Positions 43,360 to 52,392 of a stretch of DNA of 64,000 nucleotides are shown in pieces; the stretch's first letter is position 1, and the number at the start of each line of letters is the position of its first letter. The stretch spans positions 51,615 through 115,614 of the IMG/VR virus record IMGVR_UViG_3300027963_000048; one strand, 5' to 3'. The notes under the pieces were generated by a model that worked only from the letters and a program-made list of their open reading frames with translations, was not told where the DNA came from and did not search any database. The DNA is from a virus. The position numbers were made by a program, and so were the translations under genes.

Positions 43360-44004
43360 GTGAGGCTACCCGATGATGTTAAAGATGTGCATCTCCTTGG
43401 AGACATCCATGGAGATTATGGTAGGCATGATCGCGTTGCTAAAAAGCACCATTATACCATTCAATTGGGTGACTTTGGTTTCAAGTATGATTCCTTAAGA
43501 AAACACGACCCGAGTTATCACAAAGTGCTTGGTGGTAATCATGATAATTATGATCTGATTGGTAATATGCCTCACTACTTGGGTGACTTTGGTACTTTTG
43601 AATTAAGCTCACCGGAGTTCACTTATAGTGTTATTAAAGTGTTTTATATTAGGGGTGCAGATAGCATTGATAAACAGTTGCGTACGATTGGTGTAGATTG
43701 GTGGCAAGATGAGCAATTGACTATGGCGAGGATGAATGAGGCTTTGGATTTGTATGGTAGCTACAGGCCGGATGTTTTGTTAAGTCATTCTCCGCCGTCG
43801 TTTGCGATTGAGTGGTTTTGTGTTCCCAGGTTACCTTTTGCGTTGACTGAGTATTGCTTGGATGTTATGCATGAGGTTTATGCTCCGAAGTTGCATATTT
43901 TTGGGCATATGCATAAGACGAAGGTTAAGAAGTTTGGATCTACTAAGTTTGTTTGTGTTGATATTAATCAGACTATCAGTTTGGTAAAGTCTTTTCGTGG
44001 GTAG
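43360..44004 (+). CDS. Calcineurin-like metallophosphoesterase
   Basis: GDIHG, QLGDFG, GNHD, LSH.PP, FGHMH. Confidence 0.9.
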   Translation: MRLPDDVKDVHLLGDIHGDYGRHDRVAKKHHYTIQLGDFGFKYDSLRKHDPSYHKVLGGNHDNYDLIGNMPHYLGDFGTFELSSPEFTYSVIKVFYIRGADSIDKQLRTIGVDWWQDEQLTMARMNEALDLYGSYRPDVLLSHSPPSFAIEWFCVPRLPFALTEYCLDVMHEVYAPKLHIFGHMHKTKVKKFGSTKFVCVDINQTISLVKSFRG

Positions 44005-44049
44005 GGTTGGGTGTCACAGTTGTTTGTGGTCAAAGTGTGGAGGTGTTGA

Positions 44050-44226
44050 ATGGAGTGTTTGGGGTGCGGTAAGACGATTCCGGCTGGTCGGTTGGAGATT
44101 TTCCCTCACACGCGGTTTTGTGTGGGGTGTGTTGATAAGCACCCGCAGGGGGTTAGTTATGATTATTCGCATGTGGTGGCGCAGTCGTCGTCATCTGGGC
44201 GTAATGGGTTTGCTAAGTCGGATTAG
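44050..44226 (+). CDS. TraR/DksA C4-type zinc-finger protein
   Basis: Hand translation: MECLGCGKTIPAGRLEIFPHTRFCVGCVDKH..., matching C..CG..IP..RL...P....C..C. GGAGG RBS. Confidence 0.8.
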   Translation: MECLGCGKTIPAGRLEIFPHTRFCVGCVDKHPQGVSYDYSHVVAQSSSSGRNGFAKSD

Positions 44227-44247
44227 ATAAGAGTTGCTGTGTTGTGG

Positions 44248-44589
44248 TTAGCAGTCCCATTTTCTGAGGGCTTTGCAGATGTCTTTGTCTGGGTTGGCTC
44301 GACAGTCGATGTTGTGCATTTTCTTTTGGCCTTCCATTCTTGCGCAGAATGATTTTCGGCGTTTTGCTTTGGCTGGTGATTTTTTGGCTGCTTTGGCACT
44401 TACGGGTGGTTTGAGGTTTGCACCTTCGGTGCGTTTGAAGTGGGCGCGGCCTTTGGCGTTTAGGCCTCCATCTTTGGCCTGGTATTTTTTGGCTACTCCT
44501 TCAGCTACCGGTTTGATGCTAGTTTGTTCTGCACCCGGGTGTAAACTATTTAAAAGTTCTGCGTATGCGGCTGTGTAAGCGTGTTTCAT
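44248..44589 (-). CDS. Basic conserved phage protein (possibly DUF6321-like)
   Basis: GGLNAKGRA...NLKPPV...RRKSFCARM...LRKWDC. Confidence 0.65.
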   Translation of the reverse strand: MKHAYTAAYAELLNSLHPGAEQTSIKPVAEGVAKKYQAKDGGLNAKGRAHFKRTEGANLKPPVSAKAAKKSPAKAKRRKSFCARMEGQKKMHNIDCRANPDKDICKALRKWDC

Positions 44590-44693
44590 GTTGTCCTCCG
44601 GTATGGTATATTTGTTTCCTCCCTGGAACATGGGGGGTCCCTTATCGCCCGATATCAGGCGATAACCTTACCAGCCGTTCACAACACAAACCC

Positions 44694-47600
44694 CTACCGC
44701 AAAACCAACACCCTCACTCGCTCCTCGTCCTCTTCTCGGTCGTCGTCGTCCTCATCGTTCTCAATCAAAGCAATACCGCTTTTGCTGTAGCCGCTCGTCT
44801 TAATGTTCGACGTTTGGATACCCAAAGCGTCCCTGATCGGCAAAAGCTGCTGCGTGTGGCTGATATCGCCGTAATCACAGCACAAAAGGACAGGCTGATC
44901 ATCGTCAACGTCCTCAATCAGCCGTTTCAGTTCACCAGCAGTCATCGTGGCGTGCAAAACTTGCTTGATCTCGTAGTTATTAGAAGCTTTCATCGCTATC
45001 TCCTCTTCTTTCGCCAGGTGGGGTGTCCGCCCCTCCCTCCCCTCTGTGGCAGGGGGAGGGGCTCCCGTTAATTGTTAGCGCCTGATATCAAGTGCTCCGC
45101 CGTTTGATGCTGTCTCTCATAGCGACGCAATCCTCGATGCAAAAGCCGGTGCCAAGGATATCACCGCTATCCGCCAGAAGCCAGCGATCCGGGTGTCTTT
45201 CGCTGCTTTCATGCGTCCCTGGTGCAAAAGCAACCATCCGGTTCGGGTTGGTGGTCCATGCTTTTCTCGCTTGTTCCATGCTCATCGGTTTCATGTCTTC
45301 TCTCCTTTTCGTCACCAGGAGAGGTGTCCGCCCCTCCCTCCCCTCTGTGGCAGCCCGCCGGGGCGCGGAAAATCCCCACCGCCGCAGCAGCTCGCAGCGC
45401 CGGGAGAAAAGCCCCCGCTGGGTGGGGTTTCTCCGGCCCTTACCGACTGATATCAAGGACAGGGGAGAAAACCCCCCACCAGAACCGACTTGTTACTCGT
45501 CTGCACTTCCAGACCTGGACAGGTTCGGATTTTACCACCGGGTTTAGATTGCATCGTTATCCGTGTATTTAAAAGTTTTCATAGTTACCTCTTCCACTCC
45601 CTACTTACAGTTACCTTAGCAATACCATATTGAGCTTCGCTCATTTTCTTTAAGGCATCATGTACAAATTGAGTTCGTTTACTAGGGCAAATGGCAAACT
45701 CCAAACGAATACGGTCGTCATCCCTTTCATCAAACTCAAAGATTAAACAATCCTTTAGATCTAGCACTAGATGCTGCTCCATCGTGACCTCCTAATCTTT
45801 ATTCCCGACCACTCCCTCCTGTGGCACCAAAGAGGCAGGGGAGAAACCCCCCTGCCTCCAGCCAACCCGTTACTCTTCGTCGTCTTCGTCCTCGTACGCG
45901 TGGTGAGGGTCGTCTTCCTCACTTCCGTCGTCCCCTTCCCACAAGACAGTGTAGCCGACGCTCTCGTCAGCGGCTGCGGCTACCAAAAGCTTAAGCTGTG
46001 CTACTGCGTCTTCAGCCTCTTTGAGCTCAAGACGCAACCGCCCAAGAGCGTCGCTCTTGGTTGGGCAGTGAACAAAGGCGTCCTTGTCCTCGCCTTCACC
46101 GTAGTTCTCAAAGTCGTTACAAACGCTTCGAGGGTAACCGGTACCGTAAAAAAGCGTCCCCTTGTGAAGAGAAAAGACCTCCTCCTGCGGGAACTCACCA
46201 CCGTCGTGGCCCCCTGGGTGTTCAACCAGGTCACAGAAAACCACTTCACCGACTTTACTTCCCTTTAACACTTAGGTCTCCTTTGTTAGTGCCACTCGTC
46301 CCCGTCACTCCCTCCTGTGACAGCACACAAGAGGGAGAAAAACCCCTACTCCGTAACTTCTGGAAACTCCACCAGCGTGTGGATCTCCAGCAGGAGCTCT
46401 TGGCTCTCGTCCTCGGAGAGCCCCACAGCACTCTCCACTGCTAGATCTCGTCCCTCGATCTCAGTGTCGAACGTGAGCGTCCAAAACGCGTTGGAGCCGA
46501 CCCGAAAGCCAGACAGCTCCCACCGATACCACTCGTCGTCGATCGTCTCGACGAACTTGATAGTCGGCTTAGTCTGTGCTAAGGGCCTGATATCTGCGAA
46601 AAATGCCGCCATTTCATTCTCTTGTGTGTCGTTCGCGTCCCCATCTCACTGTGACAGCCACGGGAGCCGGGAGAAATCCCCCCCAGCCCCAGAATCAAAC
46701 CGCTATTCCTCAATCCTCAGCTCGCACACCGGCTAATCTTCTGGTATGTGAATCTGCAATCTTGCCTTAGCAGCCAACGCTTTCAATAACGCGTCTTTGC
46801 GTTTCTGCCAACAATCCTTGTGATCAGCTAAGCAGACCATACGGTCCGCTATCGGCGTGTCTCTCAGACAAGGCGGTAAATTTTCCACAAGACCTCCCGT
46901 AATGAATGCCTTTCGATCCCGTTTTCTGTAACAGTTTACTTGATGGTAAGATACCCCTATACCCCCTGTTTCCTCGCTGGAACATGGGGGGTATATATAG
47001 AGGCCTGAAAGCGCCGTGGAGCCACGCCTCCTACTCTTCGAGATAATCGTTCTCAAACAAGTAATCAAGAGCCCACATGATCTGCTTAGCCGTGTAGCCA
47101 AGAGAACCTAGCTTCTCTCCCATCTCGAAATAGAACCAACCGTCACCACCTCTTCGATGAAGGATGGGCCTGGCAGTTCTCAGCGCTATTGTCAGCAATA
47201 CCCGTTTTTCCGCAGTGCACATTACCATCGCTGTCTCCTGTGTTGGGTGTCATTCCGTCTCAGTTAGTCTGTGACAGCCAGAAAGGGTGGGGGGGAATCC
47301 CCCCACCATGGCCGCCATGTACTACCCGACTAGCACTTTCGTCGTGCCATTACCGATGATAGGCTATTCGCAAGGCCCACTAGAATTAGTGTTTTTAATG
47401 GTTCAATCCAAGGAGTGTTTGATATGAAAATTTCTTGCAACGTTAACGCCTTGCAGAGATCGATCATCTGTTGCCAGTCTTGTAGGTCGGCCATTCGTCG
47501 TCTCCTTGTGGGCCCCGGGCTCCGCCCTGCTGTGGCAGCCCGCCGGGCGGGAGAAAAGCCCCCCCGCCGCAACAGCCCCCGGCGCCGAGAGAAATCCCTA

Positions 47601-49505
47601 TTCGGCAGGTGCTGTGATGCCAATTGCTGCCAACTCCTCCTCGTAGGGGTCGTAACAGCACCAGTGGCCTGATAGGCCATCCCGCGAGACCTGCTTACCA
47701 CAGTTCCCGTTCTCGATTTCATCTGCGATTTTCCGCAGTGCCGCCACCAAGACGGTCGAGTCGGTGTACTGCAAAGACACTTCGAGTTTCAATTCTTCGA
47801 GCTTGTGCCATCCCATGGTCGACTCCTTTTGTTGCTGGTCTCTCGTTCCCAATCTATTGTGGCAGCCAAAAAGCAGGGAAGAAATCCCCCCCGGAGGCTG
47901 GAGCTACGAAAATTATCATACATGCAACAACTGCGGTTCCTCAAAATCCCACTGCCAACCACTCCCAACCCACCGACACCAACAGCCCTGCGGAATACCC
48001 CAAAACTGAAACGGATCCTTGTCATACCCACGACCCGCGGCCTTCGCACGACATTCACTCAAAGAATCACCCGTAAACGCCATATCATCCACAGTCATCA
48101 CGTAGTACTTGAACATCACACCCTCCATCGTTGATGCCACCACACAAAACTGTGACAGTAAAAACAAGGAGGAAAAATCCCCCACAAAATCACGCAATAC
48201 CACCATTATCAGCAATAATACGCTCCACCAAATCAACAGGAACCCAACCGTAAACCGTACGAGTCGGCTCCTCCGCATCCTCCGCAAAAGGCATCAGCTC
48301 ATCAACTACAAGATTAGGAAAACCAACCTCCACTTCACTAAAAGGACCAACATTATCCCGCGGAGCACAATAATGCGCATGGCTAGCCTGCACAGAAAAA
48401 CGCAACCCACTCTTGCAAACAACCTCACGCGCCAAAACCCCAGCACGATTACTACAAAGATAATCATTCAACATAGCACAATCCTCCTCGTATAGTGTTG
48501 TTTCCTAGTTGGAACACAGGGGGGGTGTCGGCAGGGCGGGGAGACGATCCGCCCCACCGACACAAGGGATCATATCCCAAACTCAGCACACACCTCATCC
48601 ACCACACCATTCGTGGCAGCCAAAACTTCCTCCAAATTCACCGTATAATCCGAAATCACATCCCAGCCATCATTCCCATACACAAGATTCACATAACCAA
48701 CACGAACACCGTCCTTATAGAAAAAGATCGACTCCTCATCCACCGTCCTACAAGCCTCCCAAAGCTCAGTCGCATCGGTGGACTTGTGAACGGTGACTTC
48801 CTCACCATTGAAAACCGACAGCGCAAACCCCTGCTTGATCGCATCCTCCATCATGAAGGTTACTATCCGACGCTCCATCTGCATGCGATTCTGAAGCTGC
48901 TTGCAAGTGATTTCCTCGTACGCCATGTCAAGCCTCCGGAAAAGGTGTCCTTCATTCCCAACTCACTGTGACAGTCAAAAGGCGGGAGGAGAAACCCCCC
49001 GCTCGGTGCCACCTTACTTGGTGGGCTTACCATTACGTCTGGCAATCTCGTCCAGACAATAATTAACCTCGTCGAGGTAATAGGACGCGTTCTCTCCCTC
49101 AGGGTAGGCCTGCGCAGCCTCCATCGCGTCCTTTGCGTTGAACCACAACGCACTGTTACTTTTCTTCTGGAGGTTCTTTTGGTATTCAGCGTGATTCATC
49201 GCTTTCATCGCTTTCATCGCAAAATCTCCTGAAAAGGTGTCCTTCATTCCCAACTCACTGTGACAGTCAAAAGGCGGGAGGAGAAACCCCCCGCGCCGAT
49301 GAGCCGGTTGTTACTTGGTAGTGGGGGCGCCGTAGAACCGGGTCATTCCACCACGGGCCTTGGCGCCCTGCGAGCCACGCAACACGCCGCGTTTTGCCTG
49401 CGACTTGGTGCACGCACGATCCATTGCGAAGATCTTCCCGAAAGTGCGGATCGCACTGCCTTCACGCATGGCTTCAAGATCGATTGCGTCTAGGTGACGT
49501 TCCAT
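44694..49505 (-). CDS. Small early-type proteins: 44694..44993, 45088..45294, 45585..45782, 45870..46271, 46346..46612, 47031..47228, 47330..47494, 47598..47816, 47916..48116, 48190..48474, 48570..48926, 49014..49217, 49311..49505
   Basis: Each has a GGAG-type RBS. All but 48190..48474 directly follow a minus-strand element. Confidence 0.7.
48939..49294. repeat. 64-bp exact direct repeat of element plus leader (48939..49002 = 49231..49294)
   Basis: GAAAAGGTGTCCTTCATTCCCAACTCACTGTGACAGTCAAAAGGCGGGAGGAGAAACCCCCCGC occurs twice. Confidence 0.92.
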
Positions 49506-50167
49506 TGTCTCTCTCCATTTCGGGCTGGACCGGATGTCGGTCGCTCGTTCCCATATATCTGTGGCACCCAGAGGGGATCGGGAGAATATGGGGGAGGGGG
49601 GGATATACTAAGTCCGGGAGGGGGATAGTATATATATATTGCAATATATCCCCAATATGCTCTCTCTATTTCGATATATTTTTCCGTGCGCGGGCGACTA
49701 TATATCCCCCTTCGGGGATAGCGTAGTGGGTTTCGAATTGGTAGGGTTCTGCAGTGGGTAGGGTTCTGCAGTGGGTAGGTTGTCGAAAATGGTGCTTGTG
49801 CTACTTATTGTAGTCACGATTTTGGGGGGTGTGATGGGTTGTATTAATTCTGATGCTGTGATTGGTGTGAAGCTGCCGAGGCCTGGTGGTGGCGGTTCGG
49901 AATGTGTGGAGCGTTCGAAAGTTGAGAATGTGTGTAAGGGTGGGAATGGTGTGGATGGGTTCGGGGAGGTTTTGGGGGCTGTATCGGGTTTGGCGTTGTT
50001 AGGAGCGTTTGATGGTGTTGATTTTTCCCCGCCGTAGGATGATTTAATTTTTTGGGCCGGGGGACCCGTTCTGGGTTTTAAAAATATTTTCCGTGCGCGG
50101 GCGATTATATTTTACGATTGGGGGGGGTGTGTATGCTGCGGTTTATTGAGGATGATGTTCTTGGCTG

Positions 50168-50491
50168 GTGGATCGTGATGATGGTTGTTATGTGGAGACT
50201 CCTTCTGCTTGGGAGGTGCGGATGGTGTCGTCTGCTGAGGAGCGGCGTAAGTTTTTAGGTTTGGGTGAGGGGCCACCGAGTGTGTTGAAGTCTTTGAAGC
50301 GTACTAAGTTGGGGTTGTCTGGTGATGAGATGGTGCGGTTGGGCATGAATGTTAGGGAGTTACGTTTGCGGGCTGAGGAGACGCAGTATGTTTTAGCTGA
50401 GCGTACGGAGATTTTTCAGACTTATATTAGTATGCTTGAGCGTGGTGTGTTGGATGTTTCTGAGGAGTTGCTTTCTATTATTATGGGGTGA
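50168..50491 (+). CDS. XRE-family HTH protein
   Basis: LGMNVRELRLRAEETQYVLAERTEIFQTYISMLERG. Confidence 0.75.
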   Translation: MDRDDGCYVETPSAWEVRMVSSAEERRKFLGLGEGPPSVLKSLKRTKLGLSGDEMVRLGMNVRELRLRAEETQYVLAERTEIFQTYISMLERGVLDVSEELLSIIMG

Positions 50492-50609
50492 GTTTGGATT
50501 ATCTGTTGGGTCGGGATTCTCCTGTGTCGTCTGCTAGTTGAATCTGTAGTTGTAGTTGTCGTAGATTAGCTCCAAAGATAATGAGTATCCAGTGCGAGGA
50601 GTTTAAGCT

Positions 50610-51791
50610 ATGAGAATCTACCGATCCGAATGCGATTTAGAGAATTACTTTGTAGTAGATTATTATCTAGAATCGAAAACCACTTTAGCTGAAGCTGCTT
50701 GGAATCTGGCTATAGGGCAAAGTGTAGGTAATCCAAATCAAAGAAACGCCTGGGAATCTGACGAGCTTTTCGATAAGCACTCTTGTATAGTGCTAGGTGA
50801 AGAAGCGGAACTGCGGAATCTCTTCAAAGGGCATGTGAGTATCGCTTTTCCAGTTGTAAACACTAATTGGAAGGAAGATGGTATAAGTCATCTTTTATGT
50901 CAGATTATGGGAGGGCAACTAGATATTGATATCATCACGAAATGCCATGTCGACCGTATTCGTTTTCCGAAGTCGATTGAATCACAGTTTAATAAACCGA
51001 CGTTTGGTATAGACGGCATTAGGTCATTCACTGGCGTGCACGGTAAGCCTTTGTTGGGTGGAATTGTGAAGCCGAAAACTGGCGTTTCGGCTGATGTTTT
51101 GTTGGAAATGGTGAAGCAGATGGTCGATGGCGGTGTCAATTTTATTAAGGAAGACGAAATCCTGTCTAATCCCGCCTTTTGTTCAATAGAGGAACGTGTT
51201 CCGAAGATTATGAAATATCTGGATGGCAAGAGGGTCATCTATTCCGTGTGTATTAACAGTGATCCGGCTTATAGTGTTAAGCGTGCTCAATTGGTCCATG
51301 AGTTGGGTGGTAATTCGGTCCATATTAATTTTTGGAGCGGCCTTGGTGTCTACAAGTCTATTCGCGATTTGCAATTGCCACTTTTTATACATTTTCAGAA
51401 GAGTGGCGATAAAATACTCACCAATCAAAACCACGATTTTCATATCAGTTGGAATGTTGTGTGTGATTTAGCTGGGTTAATGGGTGTCGATTTTATTCAC
51501 GCTGGTATGAGTGGCGGTTATTCAACTACATCAGATTTAGAGTTACGACTTGCCATTGACAGATTGCATAAGCGGAATGTTATGCCAGCTTTATCTTGTG
51601 GGATGCATCCTGGATTGGTGCAATCTATCAATGGTAAATTCGGCTTAGATTATATGGCGAATGTGGGTGGTGCGATACATGGTCATCCGATGGGCACGTC
51701 AGGTGGTGCTCGTGCTATGCGTCAAGCGATAGATGGCTGTCACGGTGATGAGTATAAACTTGCTATTGAGAAATGGGGATTGTATGAATGA
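50610..51791 (+). CDS. RuBisCO-like protein (form IV, RLP)
   Basis: GIDGIR, GGIVKPKTG, FIKEDE (KDDE equivalent), DFIHAG, GGAIHGHPMG...GARA.RQA. Loop-6 lysine absent. Confidence 0.92.
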   Translation: MRIYRSECDLENYFVVDYYLESKTTLAEAAWNLAIGQSVGNPNQRNAWESDELFDKHSCIVLGEEAELRNLFKGHVSIAFPVVNTNWKEDGISHLLCQIMGGQLDIDIITKCHVDRIRFPKSIESQFNKPTFGIDGIRSFTGVHGKPLLGGIVKPKTGVSADVLLEMVKQMVDGGVNFIKEDEILSNPAFCSIEERVPKIMKYLDGKRVIYSVCINSDPAYSVKRAQLVHELGGNSVHINFWSGLGVYKSIRDLQLPLFIHFQKSGDKILTNQNHDFHISWNVVCDLAGLMGVDFIHAGMSGGYSTTSDLELRLAIDRLHKRNVMPALSCGMHPGLVQSINGKFGLDYMANVGGAIHGHPMGTSGGARAMRQAIDGCHGDEYKLAIEKWGLYE

Positions 51792-52386
51792 TTTCATTAA
51801 AGATTTTAGATTTGGCGACGACCGAGATGACCGTGATCATCCTTTTCACACTACATGTCCGGCGGTTGAGTTTAGCGATTGCAATAGGAATGCTCTTCTG
51901 GCGAGCTTTACTGAAGTAAGAGACCGGGCGAAAGCTATTTTGGAAATCGGAGTGTGTCGAAACGGTTTTGCATCTTCAACGTTTGTCTTTTTGAATAATA
52001 AAAAAGACGATACGATTTATCTTGGTGTAGATTTAGAGTCTAAAGCCGCATTGAATAACGCGGCTAAAAACGTGCATACTTTGGTTGGTGATTCTAGTGA
52101 CACTGAATTGATTATGCGTTATGCTAATTCTTTAAAGATTGAGCGATTCGATTATATTTTTATTGATGGCTTCCATTCCGTTAACCAAGTTATTAGAGAT
52201 TGGGCTTTTGTAGAGCATTTGGCTGACGGTGGTATTGTTGGCTTGCACGACACGAATAGGCATCCTGGTCCAGTGGCCTTATTGGAGAGCATTAACGAGA
52301 GTAAATGGGAGGTGATTCGTCTATGTCAAGACGATTCAATGAACGTCACAGACAATGGTATTGCGTTTTTGAGGAAGCGAGTGTAG
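51784..52386 (+). CDS. Class I SAM-dependent methyltransferase
   Basis: ILEIGV, GDS, DYIFIDGFH, GGIVGLHD. Confidence 0.85.
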   Translation: MNDFIKDFRFGDDRDDRDHPFHTTCPAVEFSDCNRNALLASFTEVRDRAKAILEIGVCRNGFASSTFVFLNNKKDDTIYLGVDLESKAALNNAAKNVHTLVGDSSDTELIMRYANSLKIERFDYIFIDGFHSVNQVIRDWAFVEHLADGGIVGLHDTNRHPGPVALLESINESKWEVIRLCQDDSMNVTDNGIAFLRKRV

Positions 52387-52392
52387 GATATT

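Larger units (their letters stand above)
25403..48516 (+). repeat. Dispersed oriented motif TGTTTCCT-N3-TGGAAC (9 copies)
   Basis: Starts at 25403, 25568, 27068, 27940, 28962, 36910, 44613, 46967, 48499. Confidence 0.85.
29914..49590. promoter_or_regulatory. Array of about 30 bipartite elements GGGATTT-N17-TG(T/C)CA(C/T)A (putative early promoters, often hairpin-forming)
   Basis: Plus-strand starts: 29914v, 32362, 33387, 34139, 34683, 35152, 35715v, 36454v, 37878, 38260, ~38600, 38955, 39227v, 39777, 40019, 41717, 41994, 42258, 42482, 42889. Minus-strand left ends: 41360, 41677, 45045v, 45346, 45820, 46316, 46650, 47270, 47531, 47858, 48151, 48967, 49259, 49560v (v = variant upstream box). 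Always oriented toward a downstream RBS and start codon. Confidence 0.85.

Noticed and set aside
44650-45458. Short (C/T)GATATCA(G/A)G motif at about 44650, 45082 and 45447
   Set aside because: Too short and too few copies to distinguish from chance.
32362-49590. CRISPR array or classical integron interpretation of the repeated element
   Set aside because: Repeats are degenerate and separated by whole genes. No cas or intI gene is present, and no RYYYAAC/GTTRRRY attC ends are visible.
50610-51791. Bona fide CO2-fixing RuBisCO
   Set aside because: Short, KEDE motif, loop-6 Lys absent, and no small subunit or PRK nearby.
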